Below, piece by piece: positions 8,146 through 18,985 of a stretch of 64,000 nucleotides of DNA; the stretch's first letter is position 1, and each line of letters begins with the position of its first letter. Origin of the DNA: Candidatus Gastranaerophilales bacterium (GTDB lineage Bacteria > Cyanobacteriota > Vampirovibrionia > Gastranaerophilales > Gastranaerophilaceae); assembly GCA_944323705.1 (NCBI GenBank), contig CALUTM010000002.1, forward strand, positions 542-64,541, in the 5' to 3' direction. The position numbers and the translations under genes are program-made. Below the pieces are notes generated by a model. The model was not told the origin of the DNA, searched no databases, and worked only from the letters and a program-made list of their open reading frames with translations.

Positions 8146-10407
8146 TTAGAATTTGTATTCAGGGATAACAAACTCCTCATTATTAGCATCTTTTTCAACA
8201 AATTGTAAATAATAATTAAGAGCCTTATCCTTTGCTTCTTCATAGAACGAGTCGGGAATTAATTCTCTGTGTAATTCAGTCCTTTCGCCCGAGTAATTTC
8301 CCATAACTCTGGCAAATTTTTCGATTACCTCCAAATTATCTCCGCCCGCATAAGCCTTGGTCTTTGCATCGGTTCCCGACGGACGGATTTCGACATACTT
8401 ATCGGCAAATCTCAGATATGTTCCGTCTCCAACAAACTTAACATCTTTAAGATTATCAAAACCGAGTTCCGCGAATGTATTATTCAAAACCTTTTTAATC
8501 GCTTCCAAATCAGCCTTACCTTCTCTTAGGGCTATTGCCAAAGACAGATAGAACAAATCATTCTGCGTCCTGAGTGCTTCACCTTTAATTTTTGCCTGTT
8601 TAAGTTTTTCAATATCAGGTTCTGATTCGTTGTAATATGCAATATCCTCACGGACATCATATTTTGCCCTGATATTGTTTTCATCAAAAATTTCTATTAA
8701 ATACTCGGAAAGCGTTTTATTATCTTTTTCAAGATTAGCAGCAAGCAACGACGCTACAATAATAGCTTCCGTAGCACTCTTTTCACGCATTGCTATTGCT
8801 TTTCTTCCCGCAAGAGATTCAATCAAATCCTCCGAGCCCATAATCATTCCGCCGGACTCTTCACCGCCAAAAATCAAGCGAGGCTGAACTCCGAGATTAA
8901 TTGAATTTCCGAAAACATCATCTACGATAACGTCCTTATCAGGGTTATTTTTCAGCTGCAACTCGACTTTTTTCATAATATTTGCAATTTCTTTAAACCC
9001 TACCGGCACATTTACCACCTTTATACCGTGTGCTTTTGCCCACTCATCCCACGAAAGAGCGGAAGCTGTCGTCTTTATCATAAATCTCGGATGATTTTTA
9101 AATTTACCCTGAGACTTTAATTGTTTAACTCTATAGTTCATAAGCATCAAAAATGCCTGATTTGCACTATACACAGTCAAAATCCTGTTGTCATCAAGTT
9201 GAATATAAGAAATACCGTATTCATCAAGCGTAGGTTCGTTTCCGATTGCTTCTATCTGACAGACAGTCAACCTGTCATGATCAGGGTCAGTTATTAATAC
9301 AACCGTCCCCAAAGGATAGTCAGCCAATACTTTTTCATAATGCATAGATTCAATAACGGGGAAAAATTTCTCTCCGTCAGGACGTTTTGCAAGAACCGTA
9401 GCGTCCACCGAATAATCATAAAATACTTTATTTCCCTTCGGGTCCGTATCATATTTACCTATTGAATGGAAAAACGGATCTTCCTCAACGTTATTCCATA
9501 CAAACTTATCCTGAATACCAAGTTTTTCCAAAACACGGCTTAACGTTCTGTATGCACAACCTCCGACACATTCTACAAAAAGCTTTGACTTCATCTTATT
9601 AACATTCTCGAGATGATGTGCAACACCGGATTTCAGATATTCGACGTACAAATCAATACCGTCGTTGAGTTTTGACATAACCGCCTCGTCAATCAGCGGA
9701 TTGTCCTCTGCTGCAACCCTAATTGTATAAGAACCGTCACGTTCTACGGTATCAAAGATTTCTTGAATCTTATTAACAAATTCCATAGACTCCTCCGGCA
9801 AATACTGACTGCCCTGAGAATTTAAGTCCTTTGTAGCAGTCTTTACAGAAATACCGTGGCTTGAAGTAATGTATTCACCGCCGACCAAATCGAGCTTAAA
9901 TGCAAGAAAAGATGCAAGCCAAATCGGAATGGTCTTTCTTCCTTGCGGAACAAGAGTTTTTATCCCTTGAGCAGCCTGTATACGTGCTATTGCATCAAGA
10001 TATAAGGCTGAATTATATCTGACCTCACTCCCCGCAAGCTTTATTACCTGTTTACCTTCATATTTTTCTCTAGCCACAAGAGCCTTTGCAAGCGTCGCAA
10101 GCACAATACCTACCAGATTAATCGGGAAACGCGTATCCTGAGGGTATAAAATATTCTGCGGTCCGCGAATTCCCGCCGTCGAAACCTTTGCCTCTTTGGC
10201 ATAATTTGCAAACCACTCAAGCAAGTTTAACCCCTCGGGATTAGACTCCGAATGAGGATAAAGATGTTCACGCTTAAGCGTAAACGTAAATTCTCCTTTA
10301 TTATCAAAATTCAATAAATCCAAATTTTTTATATAATCGGGTGTCTTGTCATAAACATTTTTAAACAACTCACCTTCTAACTCACAACCGGGTTTCAAAC
10401 TATTCAT
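8146..10407 (-). CDS. Phosphoglucomutase/phosphomannomutase family protein (long, divergent)
   Basis: STAGIRG, ITSSHG (phosphoserine loop), TDPDHDR (metal loop), GGEESGG, IRPSGT. Confidence 0.85.
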   Translation of the reverse strand: MNSLKPGCELEGELFKNVYDKTPDYIKNLDLLNFDNKGEFTFTLKREHLYPHSESNPEGLNLLEWFANYAKEAKVSTAGIRGPQNILYPQDTRFPINLVGIVLATLAKALVAREKYEGKQVIKLAGSEVRYNSALYLDAIARIQAAQGIKTLVPQGRKTIPIWLASFLAFKLDLVGGEYITSSHGISVKTATKDLNSQGSQYLPEESMEFVNKIQEIFDTVERDGSYTIRVAAEDNPLIDEAVMSKLNDGIDLYVEYLKSGVAHHLENVNKMKSKLFVECVGGCAYRTLSRVLEKLGIQDKFVWNNVEEDPFFHSIGKYDTDPKGNKVFYDYSVDATVLAKRPDGEKFFPVIESMHYEKVLADYPLGTVVLITDPDHDRLTVCQIEAIGNEPTLDEYGISYIQLDDNRILTVYSANQAFLMLMNYRVKQLKSQGKFKNHPRFMIKTTASALSWDEWAKAHGIKVVNVPVGFKEIANIMKKVELQLKNNPDKDVIVDDVFGNSINLGVQPRLIFGGEESGGMIMGSEDLIESLAGRKAIAMREKSATEAIIVASLLAANLEKDNKTLSEYLIEIFDENNIRAKYDVREDIAYYNESEPDIEKLKQAKIKGEALRTQNDLFYLSLAIALREGKADLEAIKKVLNNTFAELGFDNLKDVKFVGDGTYLRFADKYVEIRPSGTDAKTKAYAGGDNLEVIEKFARVMGNYSGERTELHRELIPDSFYEEAKDKALNYYLQFVEKDANNEEFVIPEYKF

Positions 10408-10507
10408 AATCTCTCCTGTTCTGTTATTTGGAATTATTATAACACAAAGAGTTCTCGAAAAAAGCTCTATTTGTTTAAAAATGTAACAATCTCGTACATA
10501 TAAAGGG

Positions 10508-10536
10508 TTGAAAATTTCTAATACATGCCCTATAAT
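10508..10536 (+). promoter_or_regulatory. Sigma70-type promoter of fliD
   Basis: TTGAAA (10508-10513), 17-bp spacer, TATAAT (10531-10536). Confidence 0.65.
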
Positions 10537-10590
10537 AAATATATATAGTATATACTCTGATTAACGAAATTATAAAAAAGGATTTTTATT

Positions 10591-12327
10591 ATGACAATAT
10601 CATTCAGCGGTTTGATTTCAGGCTTGGACACTTCGTCATGGGTAGAAGCACTGCTTTCGGTAAAACAGGAAAAAGTCAAGGTACTTGAGGCTGATTTAGA
10701 AGATTTACAAGGTGTAAAGACGACCTTGAACGATACGAGAAGTGCTTTCTCGACGCTCAGGAATGCCCTTGAGAAATTAACAGACGCCAAATTTGGCGGC
10801 TCATTTGACCTGTTTGCCCAAAACTCTGTTACATCATCAAACGAAGATATTTTTACCGCAACGGTAACAAGTAATGCCGTCAGACAGAATTATGACATTA
10901 CCGTTCAACAACTTGCTACATACACCAAGGCATCCGCTCAAGAAGCAGCTTCCGCAGTTGCAGATGATGATACGGTTCTTTCAAACCTCGGCATAACCGC
11001 AGGTACTTTAACAACTTATGTTAATGGTCAAAAACATACAGTGAACATTGATTCCGATGACACTCTGGGAGATTTGAAAGCACGTCTTGCAGAATTTGGC
11101 ATAAAAACAGAAGTGGATGAATCAGGTGTTCTAAGATTTTCAGCCCAAAACGAAGGTGATACGATTAATATCGGAGCCACAACAGACAGTTCAAATCTGG
11201 CTTCTCTGATAGGCTTAACCCAACAAGAAGACGGAACATACGCTTCTACAAATTCTCTTTACAAAGCCTCTGTCGCTTCCGTTTTAACCTCGGAAGATTC
11301 AGGTTTTAATCAACAAATTACGGCAGGAACTTTTACAATAGGTGATGCTACATTCACTATTGATGAAAATACAACGTTATCGTCGCTGATTTCAGAAATT
11401 AACGGCAATGAAGATGCTCAAGCTTATGCCTACTGGGATGATGCTACAGGCAGACTGTCCATAACTTCCACGGTAGAAGGAGCTTCCTACATTAATATTG
11501 AAGCAGGAACAAGCAACTTTACCGATGTTATGGGTTTCACAACCTCGGAATGGGATGAAAACGGAGAGCTTGTTTCATCAAGAATGTACACCGATGCACA
11601 AACACTCGGACAAAATGCAATTTTTACAATAAACGGTACAACGATGACATCGACATCGAATACGGTCACCTCCGATATTTCAAGAATAGACGGGGTTACA
11701 TTGACTCTTAAAAGAGCAAGCACTGAAGATGACGGCAATACCCAGCTCAGTGTAACACAGGATACTACTAAGCTTGTTGAAGCCGTAAACGAATTTATAA
11801 CAGCCTACAATGATGCTATTGCAAAAGTAGAAGAAGTAACAGCTTCCGGTGCGGATCTTCACGGAGAAACATCCCTGACCAGTTTAAAAAATACACTGAG
11901 AACGTATGCAAACGGTTCAAATACTACAAACGGCGGTATTTATAAACTGTTGTCCGATATTGGTATTTCGACAAGTGCTGCTGACGGGAATAACTTATCT
12001 ACGGATACTTATACGCTAAGCTTAGACGAAGATAAGTTCTTGCAAGCATTGCAGGAAAATCCCGATTCGGTTAAGTCAATTCTTGCAGGGGATAACGGAA
12101 TATTCAACATGATGGAAAGTGCGGTTGAACAGAGTCTCTCTGCAACTACGGGTTATTTTGATGTAAAAACTTCTACTCTTGATTCCGATATATCAAGGAT
12201 GGAAGAAAAAATCAGTAAACAAAATACAAATATTGAAACATATAGAACAAGATTGGAAAATCAGTTCTATCAAATGGAACTTGCTATTGCTCAAATGCAG
12301 CAAAATTACAGTTCCTTCCTGTCATAG
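10591..12327 (+). CDS. fliD: Flagellar filament capping protein (HAP2)
   Basis: MTISFSGLISGLDT N-terminus, YDITVQQLA, GQNAIFTING...SNTV...IDGVTLTL, C-terminal RLENQFYQMELAIAQM. Confidence 0.93.
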   Translation: MTISFSGLISGLDTSSWVEALLSVKQEKVKVLEADLEDLQGVKTTLNDTRSAFSTLRNALEKLTDAKFGGSFDLFAQNSVTSSNEDIFTATVTSNAVRQNYDITVQQLATYTKASAQEAASAVADDDTVLSNLGITAGTLTTYVNGQKHTVNIDSDDTLGDLKARLAEFGIKTEVDESGVLRFSAQNEGDTINIGATTDSSNLASLIGLTQQEDGTYASTNSLYKASVASVLTSEDSGFNQQITAGTFTIGDATFTIDENTTLSSLISEINGNEDAQAYAYWDDATGRLSITSTVEGASYINIEAGTSNFTDVMGFTTSEWDENGELVSSRMYTDAQTLGQNAIFTINGTTMTSTSNTVTSDISRIDGVTLTLKRASTEDDGNTQLSVTQDTTKLVEAVNEFITAYNDAIAKVEEVTASGADLHGETSLTSLKNTLRTYANGSNTTNGGIYKLLSDIGISTSAADGNNLSTDTYTLSLDEDKFLQALQENPDSVKSILAGDNGIFNMMESAVEQSLSATTGYFDVKTSTLDSDISRMEEKISKQNTNIETYRTRLENQFYQMELAIAQMQQNYSSFLS

Positions 12328-12353
12328 AAGAATGTCAGGTAATCAAAATTTGC

Positions 12354-12381
12354 AAGGGGTGTTACACACGAAACACCCCTT
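12354..12381. terminator. Hairpin terminator between convergent fliD and lepA
   Basis: AAGGGGTGTT / AACACCCCTT perfect 10-bp stem. Confidence 0.7.
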
Positions 12382-12393
12382 CTTTGTGTGATT

Positions 12394-14196
12394 TTATTCT
12401 TCATCAAGACTTAAAACAGCCATAAATGCTTCTTGCGGCACTTCCACACGCCCGATTGCCTTCATTCGTTTTTTACCCTTTTTCTGTTTTTCAAGAAGCT
12501 TACGTTTACGGGTAATATCACCGCCGTAACATTTATCAAGTACGCTTTTCCTCAGTGCCTTAATATTTGTTCTTGCAATAACCCGTCCGCCGATTGCTGC
12601 CTGAATAGGAACTTCAAACATCTGACGCGGAATTATGGTTTTTAATTTTTCCGTTAGTTTTTGCCCGATATAATAAGCATTATCTTCGTGGCATATTACA
12701 GAAAGTGCATCCACGACTTCTCCCGCTAACATTATATCAAGCTTTATAAGCTTTGAGCGTTTATAATCCTCAAATTCATAATCCAAGCTTGCGTACCCTT
12801 TAGAGCGGGATTTCAATTGGTCATAAAAGTCCGTAATTACCTCACTCAGGGGCAAATGATAGATTAAATCCACCCTTACCTTATCCAGATAATTCATATT
12901 GATAAATATACCCCGTTTTGTCTGGCATAAATCCATCAAAGTCCCGACATAGTCATTTGGTGTTATTATAGAAACTTTCACGTAAGGCTCTTCAATGTAA
13001 TCTCTGTATTGTGCTGCCGGAAGATTAGCAGGGTTATCGATTTCAACAACCTCACCGTTTGTCTTGTGCACCCTGTAGACAACGGAGGGAGCCGTCGTTA
13101 CTATAGAAAGGTCATACTCTCTTTCAAGTCTTTCCTGGGCAATTTCCATGTGAAGCATGCCGAGAAAACCGCATCTGAAGCCGAAACCTAAAGCACTTGA
13201 GGTTTCAGGCTCAAAAGTTATAGAACTGTCGGAAAGTTTTAACTTCTCCAGAGCCTCTTTAAGTTCGTGGTAATCTTCGTTATCAACCGGGTACAAGCCT
13301 GAAAACACCATCGGTAATGCCTCTTTATACCCCGGAAGAGGTTCTTGTGCAGGACTAACAACATGTGTTACAGTATCACCTACAAATCGCGTAATCTCTT
13401 TAATAGACCCCGCAAAATATCCTACATCCCCGCAAACCAGTTCCTCTACCTGCACTCTGTGCGGAGTAAGATACCCAAGCTCAACAATATCATATTCTTT
13501 GCCCGAAGCCATAAATTTAATCTTATCGCCAAGCCGCATTTTGCCGTCCATGATTTTAAAGAAACACAAAGTCCCCAAATAAGAATCATAGGCACTATCG
13601 AAAACAAGGGCTCTAAGCGGCTTTTCCGTTGTATCCACAGGCGGCGGAACGTATTTTACTATTGCTTCAAGAACTTCATCAATACCAATTCCGGTCTTTG
13701 CACTTACGGGAATTGCCATTGACGTATCAATACCCAAAATTTCTTCTATTTCCGCCTTAACCCTTTCAACATCGGCAGACGGAAGGTCTATTTTGTTTAT
13801 AACGGGAATTATCTCAAGATTCTGTTCTATCGCCATATAAACATTTGCCAAAGTTTGAGCCTCAACTCCTTGCGTCGCATCAACAACTAAAAGTGCACCT
13901 TCGCAAGCTGCAAGCGAACGTGAGACTTCATAAGAAAAATCAACATGACCGGGGGTATCAATAAGATTAAAAATATATTTTTCACCATCTTTTGCGGTAT
14001 AATTCATTCTTGCTGCATTGAGTTTGATGGTAATTCCACGCTCCCGTTCAATATCCATTGTGTCAAGAAGCTGATTCTGCATATCACGCTCGGCGATTGT
14101 TCCCGTAGCCTCCAATAATCTGTCGGCAAGGGTTGATTTGCCGTGATCAATGTGTGCTATTATACAAAAATTTCGTACATTATCTCTTCGTCTCAT
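12394..14196 (-). CDS. lepA: Elongation factor 4
   Basis: [45 protein letters not shown]. Confidence 0.98.
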   Translation of the reverse strand: MRRRDNVRNFCIIAHIDHGKSTLADRLLEATGTIAERDMQNQLLDTMDIERERGITIKLNAARMNYTAKDGEKYIFNLIDTPGHVDFSYEVSRSLAACEGALLVVDATQGVEAQTLANVYMAIEQNLEIIPVINKIDLPSADVERVKAEIEEILGIDTSMAIPVSAKTGIGIDEVLEAIVKYVPPPVDTTEKPLRALVFDSAYDSYLGTLCFFKIMDGKMRLGDKIKFMASGKEYDIVELGYLTPHRVQVEELVCGDVGYFAGSIKEITRFVGDTVTHVVSPAQEPLPGYKEALPMVFSGLYPVDNEDYHELKEALEKLKLSDSSITFEPETSSALGFGFRCGFLGMLHMEIAQERLEREYDLSIVTTAPSVVYRVHKTNGEVVEIDNPANLPAAQYRDYIEEPYVKVSIITPNDYVGTLMDLCQTKRGIFINMNYLDKVRVDLIYHLPLSEVITDFYDQLKSRSKGYASLDYEFEDYKRSKLIKLDIMLAGEVVDALSVICHEDNAYYIGQKLTEKLKTIIPRQMFEVPIQAAIGGRVIARTNIKALRKSVLDKCYGGDITRKRKLLEKQKKGKKRMKAIGRVEVPQEAFMAVLSLDEE

Positions 14197-14258
14197 AATA
14201 TTTTCATTATACATAAAAAACATTAGTTTGTTGTATAATCATATTGTAAGGGGACTTT

Positions 14259-14891
14259 ATGCCGAGATATATAGCGATAACCGATATTCACGGAGAACTG
14301 AATAAACTTGAAAGCGTGCTTTCTCAAATAGAGACAAAGCCGGATGATATTTTCGTGTTTATGGGAGATTATATCGACAGAGGTCCCGATTCAAAAGGGG
14401 TGGTTGACAGAATAATTAAACAATCTGAGACACATCGTTGCATTTATCTTATAGGTTCACACGAATATGCACTTTTGCATGCCCCGTCGGATGATTATTA
14501 TCAGTACCTTTTTGATAACTACGGCGGACCCGCAACTATCAGAAGTTACGGAAGCTTTGAAAATATTTTCCGAATACACGGAGAGTTTTTCAAAAGTCTT
14601 AAATTTTATTACCTTACGGATAAGTATCTTTTTGTACATGCGGGAATTAATCCCGACTATCCGCTTGACGAACAAAATGAAGTAGATTTGGTGTACATTA
14701 GAGGAAAATTTATATATTCAAAACACAAACTGCCGCAAAAAATTATTTTCGGACATACTGAGTTTGACGAACCGTATATCGACGATGACAAAATCTGTAT
14801 TGACCTCGGATGCGGGAAATATCCGAATGCTCACCTTTGTGCATTAATTCTTAACGAAAACGGTGCTGAAGAATTTGTATATTCCAAATAA
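14259..14891 (+). CDS. Ser/Thr protein phosphatase-like metallophosphoesterase
   Basis: DIHG, GDYIDRG, GSHE, FVHAG, FGHT motifs. Confidence 0.9.
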   Translation: MPRYIAITDIHGELNKLESVLSQIETKPDDIFVFMGDYIDRGPDSKGVVDRIIKQSETHRCIYLIGSHEYALLHAPSDDYYQYLFDNYGGPATIRSYGSFENIFRIHGEFFKSLKFYYLTDKYLFVHAGINPDYPLDEQNEVDLVYIRGKFIYSKHKLPQKIIFGHTEFDEPYIDDDKICIDLGCGKYPNAHLCALILNENGAEEFVYSK

Positions 14892-14909
14892 AAATGATAA
14901 ACTAAAATT

Positions 14910-16058
14910 ATGAGAAAGATTTTATTTGTTTTACTGGGTTTGCTTATATTTAATACGGCATTTGCCTCCAATAACGTTAGTTTCATATATATAAACGGCT
15001 CAAATAATAACGATGAAAAAATGAAAAACTGGTATGAAGAGGGGGTAAGAAAGCTTCATCCTGTTTTAAGGAAAAAGTTTACGGACGACAAAGAAATTAA
15101 GGCATATTATTCTCAAAACGGCGGACTGAATGTTAAAGAAGAACCGATTATCTTCTTTTGGGGAGATAAGAGTAAAAACGATTTGGACTTTGTAAAAAAC
15201 AGACTCGATATCTCAAAAGCAATAAGTTCAACGGGAGCGTATATTGTCAGAAGCCTTATTACTCAATACATGCATGATGCAGTTTGGGTTCAAAAACCTC
15301 ACAACATGGTGCCGATTTTGGAGGAACTTAATACATACGTTAAAAAAGAAGCCGCTGAAGAGCGGGATGTAATTCTATACGGATATTCCGCAGGAACTTT
15401 TGTTACTTATGAATACCTTTTAAACAAGCTCCGATACATAAATACGCACGAAATGTTTAAAGCATTCAATATGGATGAGGATTTTTTGAGCTTTGTTCAA
15501 GATAATCCTAAAAAACCCACATGTATATCTGCTCTGTCATACAATTATGCGGGAATAGCTTCCGTATCCGAGACGGGTGAGATTATAATCAACCAAGACA
15601 AGGAAAAACTCAAAGAAAATTATTTGAAACTCGATGAAATAACCGAAACTGCCTGTGCACCCGACAAGCATTTACGCGGTATAGTAAACTTTGCAAGTCC
15701 GCTTGTACTGTTTTATTCCGACATAGCGGACAGTGACTGGCAGCTTAATTATTGTACAAAAATTATGACCAAATATATTTTGGAAAACGGAATATTTTGG
15801 ATTACGGTAAATTTCAGAGAAGATCCTCTTGGCTTTCCTACAAGCAAAAATCTTACGGTTAGCGAATTTGCAGATATTCTCAATGTGGAACTGAAAAATC
15901 CTAGCGGAGTAATATATGACGATTCAAGCGTCTGGAGCAGAAGATTATTTGCATTTGCCCACACATCTTACTGGTCCGCAAGAAATGTTTTCGCAAAGGC
16001 TGTAGTAAAAAGCTTCGTAGACGGTTATAAATTTTTGTATGAACAAAACCGTTTGTGA
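14910..16058 (+). CDS. Secreted alpha/beta-hydrolase-like protein
   Basis: Signal peptide, GYSAG nucleophile elbow, VNFASP, EDP, AHTSYW. Confidence 0.6.
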   Translation: MRKILFVLLGLLIFNTAFASNNVSFIYINGSNNNDEKMKNWYEEGVRKLHPVLRKKFTDDKEIKAYYSQNGGLNVKEEPIIFFWGDKSKNDLDFVKNRLDISKAISSTGAYIVRSLITQYMHDAVWVQKPHNMVPILEELNTYVKKEAAEERDVILYGYSAGTFVTYEYLLNKLRYINTHEMFKAFNMDEDFLSFVQDNPKKPTCISALSYNYAGIASVSETGEIIINQDKEKLKENYLKLDEITETACAPDKHLRGIVNFASPLVLFYSDIADSDWQLNYCTKIMTKYILENGIFWITVNFREDPLGFPTSKNLTVSEFADILNVELKNPSGVIYDDSSVWSRRLFAFAHTSYWSARNVFAKAVVKSFVDGYKFLYEQNRL

Positions 16059-17756
16059 TTAACTCAAAAATAATTGTTTATTTATATAATCTTTAATATA
16101 CGCCCCAATACCGCCTTCGGGTAAAAAGAACCATTGATTAATAATCTTGTTTCTGGTCTCTTTTAATTTGTCGTTATTATTGGTAAAAATTTCATATAAA
16201 ACCGATTCAATATCATCCGTTTTTTGAATTTTGTACATGCCTTCCCTTAATTTAAGCCCGAAATCGTTAAAAGGCATACGACTTTGACTCTCCAAAAGAA
16301 CTATCGGTTTCCCGCTCACAAAATATTCCGCTAAAAAAGATGAACAGTCCGTAATTAAAATATCAGACGTCTTAAAAATATCATAATAATTTCCGAGAGT
16401 ATACGCATTACCGTTCGGAAGCTCACGCCACTTTTCTATATATTCATCATATTCTGCGGGTGTCATAAAATTCACGGCTTCACATTTTGATTTCAATACA
16501 GGGTGCGGTTTAATAAGAAATGAGTACTGCGGATGATTTTTCGCAAAATCAAGGAAAAATCCCGCATGTTCAACAAAATTGGACATTCCGAATCCGCCGT
16601 TTCTTTCTATCGAATGATGAGGAGCGTATATAATTCTCGGTTTTTTATGTTCGTCATCTTTCCACAATTTTTCAATATCGGGATTTATCGGGTCTAAATA
16701 GGCATCCATCTTAGGATATCCCGTTACATAGAGAATATCTTTGTTTTTAAGATTGGTACCTTTCTCATAAAATGTTTTGTGCCACTTACTTTCCGAAAAC
16801 ATTGTCCAGAGATTTGAACAAAAATTTCTTGGAGTAGTTGTTCCCCAACACTTGCTCTCTACCATATTAAACCCGTATGATATGGCACAAGTCAATGCAA
16901 ATTCGGATGTTACGGACGGCGGAATTTTGTGAACATCCACAAACCACGGATGGGTATAAAAAATTATATCTGCACCTAATTCCTTAAGATTGATACATAC
17001 TTCTCTCTTATAATCGTATCCGTCAATAATAGGCATATTGCGTTTGGAGAAAAACTCTATATCTTCTTTTTGCGGATAAATTTTATCCTTAAACCTCGTT
17101 GTTAAAGGCAGTGTGACAAGAAGAAGCTCAAACCTGTCGTCTTTTTTAAATTCATCATAAACAGACTGCCAACCCCATTTTTGATTACTTTCAACAATAA
17201 AAATAATTTTTATCTTGCCTTTTTTATTTCTCAATCGTTCAAGAACTTGCAAATAATTGTATTTGGAATTGTATTCTATATTATTACAGGCAAAAAAGTA
17301 TTTTAAAGTCTTGGCAGGATTTTTAGTAAACTTCAAATACCTCAATGCAATTGTTGTTTTCATTGCCAGTGCGTGTAATTTGTTCTTCAATGACAACTCG
17401 TTTATATACCTGTATTCTTTGTTTTCATGGAAGAAATCAAAAGTATTGAGATAGTTAAGACAAGTCAGGTGATCGAATACCGTAAAAATCAAAACATCGT
17501 AATCAGTACTGTTCAACTCCGAAGGTCTTACGGTATTAAATCCCAGATAAGAATCAGGTTTATTTTTTTCATACTTAACATCACATACCGCAACGACATT
17601 TAACTTATTTTTTACGTCATAAAGCTCAACAATTTTGTCAAACAAAAGCCCGCAACCGTACAAAATAACTTTTTTATTTTTGTATAGTCTTGACCATTGC
17701 TCAAGTTTGGCTTCAAAATTATGTTCTTTCAGATAGCTTTCATAAATAGAATTCAT
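16059..17756 (-). CDS. CDP-glycerol:glycerophosphate transferase family protein with N-terminal Rossmann-like module
   Basis: IIYAPHH, IKPHP, DILITDCSSFLAEYF..GKPIV; N-terminal KKVILYGCG...VVAVCD. Confidence 0.82.
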   Translation of the reverse strand: MNSIYESYLKEHNFEAKLEQWSRLYKNKKVILYGCGLLFDKIVELYDVKNKLNVVAVCDVKYEKNKPDSYLGFNTVRPSELNSTDYDVLIFTVFDHLTCLNYLNTFDFFHENKEYRYINELSLKNKLHALAMKTTIALRYLKFTKNPAKTLKYFFACNNIEYNSKYNYLQVLERLRNKKGKIKIIFIVESNQKWGWQSVYDEFKKDDRFELLLVTLPLTTRFKDKIYPQKEDIEFFSKRNMPIIDGYDYKREVCINLKELGADIIFYTHPWFVDVHKIPPSVTSEFALTCAISYGFNMVESKCWGTTTPRNFCSNLWTMFSESKWHKTFYEKGTNLKNKDILYVTGYPKMDAYLDPINPDIEKLWKDDEHKKPRIIYAPHHSIERNGGFGMSNFVEHAGFFLDFAKNHPQYSFLIKPHPVLKSKCEAVNFMTPAEYDEYIEKWRELPNGNAYTLGNYYDIFKTSDILITDCSSFLAEYFVSGKPIVLLESQSRMPFNDFGLKLREGMYKIQKTDDIESVLYEIFTNNNDKLKETRNKIINQWFFLPEGGIGAYIKDYINKQLFLS

Positions 17757-17767
17757 AACGTTCTCCG

Positions 17768-18883
17768 CTAAATCAATTCTTTCGGAATTGCATACAAAAT
17801 AGTTTCGTCATTATCAGGCGAATATTGCCCTATCTTGAATACGTAATCCTTAAGTAAATTATGCAGATATATCGGGATATCAAGCATATCATTGTCCGAA
17901 TGATAGATGGAAATTGCCATCTGAGGTCTGAATTTAAGGAGCGTATTTTCCCCGCCTTTTAAAGCACGCAGTTCAGCCCCTTCTATATCCATTTTAATAA
18001 AATCAACTTTTGCAATTTTTCTTCCCTCTACAAATTCATCTATGGAAACCGCATCAACTTCAAAACTTTTTTCGGAACCATTTTTATTGAATTGAGGATT
18101 TATACCTGAAGAATACGGAGCTGCAACATTCTGAGTAAAAACAAGTCTCTCCCTTTTATCCCACATTGCATAGGGTATAATTTCAAGCTCTTTCATTGAA
18201 TCTATGATATGTGCAAGCGATTTATTTTTCACTTTTTCATAAAGAAGTTCAAATGCATAAATCTTTTTCAGGTTCTTAAACAATTTCTTGAATATAACTG
18301 TATTCAAACCGTTAAACATTCCACCTTCAATTACTACTTCTATTGCATCATAATTAATATAAGATGTGTAATGTTTAATTGTTCTTTTTCTGTCCGGTGT
18401 TATGTTATGCATCTTCAGAACGTACTGTTGAAGCTTTTCCGTATTACCGCTGATTCTTGCTTCAATGAGATCTCTATATAGTACTCTGTCGTCTTCCGTA
18501 TCAAGAAAACCCAAAACCTCCGACAATTTGGACGGGATAAACTGATACCTTTTCAAAAGATTTTTAGATATTCTAATATAGTTGTTAATATCATAATAAA
18601 ATAAAACCGCATCAATAACCGTACTGTCTGAACGAGTCGAAACAACCATATAATTGAACTTATCTCTAATCAGTCCCAAATCATCAGGTCGATATATTTT
18701 TACCGAATCAATACAGCCTTGCTTGTAAGAATCAATATACGCTCCAATTTTAACATCTTTTCTAAACTCGGCAAGTCTTTCTTTTATAGAAATTCCCGCA
18801 TTTGCTGCTCCCCAAATGCATACAACGGCATTTTGCGGAATGTGTGAAAAAAAATCCTTTTCTTCTTGTGTTAATTCTGACAT
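17768..18883 (-). CDS. FkbM family methyltransferase with N-terminal Rossmann-like module
   Basis: VVIEGG, VSIDEF, DFIKMDIEGAEL.ALKG, MAISIYH. Confidence 0.88.
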   Translation of the reverse strand: MSELTQEEKDFFSHIPQNAVVCIWGAANAGISIKERLAEFRKDVKIGAYIDSYKQGCIDSVKIYRPDDLGLIRDKFNYMVVSTRSDSTVIDAVLFYYDINNYIRISKNLLKRYQFIPSKLSEVLGFLDTEDDRVLYRDLIEARISGNTEKLQQYVLKMHNITPDRKRTIKHYTSYINYDAIEVVIEGGMFNGLNTVIFKKLFKNLKKIYAFELLYEKVKNKSLAHIIDSMKELEIIPYAMWDKRERLVFTQNVAAPYSSGINPQFNKNGSEKSFEVDAVSIDEFVEGRKIAKVDFIKMDIEGAELRALKGGENTLLKFRPQMAISIYHSDNDMLDIPIYLHNLLKDYVFKIGQYSPDNDETILYAIPKELI

Positions 18884-18985
18884 AAACCCCTCATCCTCTC
18901 ATAAACATGGTATCAGACTTAGAATTTTGTGTCAATTTGGTATTTTATGCTATTATTATATAATTAAATTTGGGGATTATTTTTT

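Noticed and set aside
7659-8243. ORF 7659-8045 (+) and extended GtrA start at 8243
   Set aside because: The first is antisense to GtrA. The extension overlaps the phosphomutase C-terminus, and ATG 8135 fits better.
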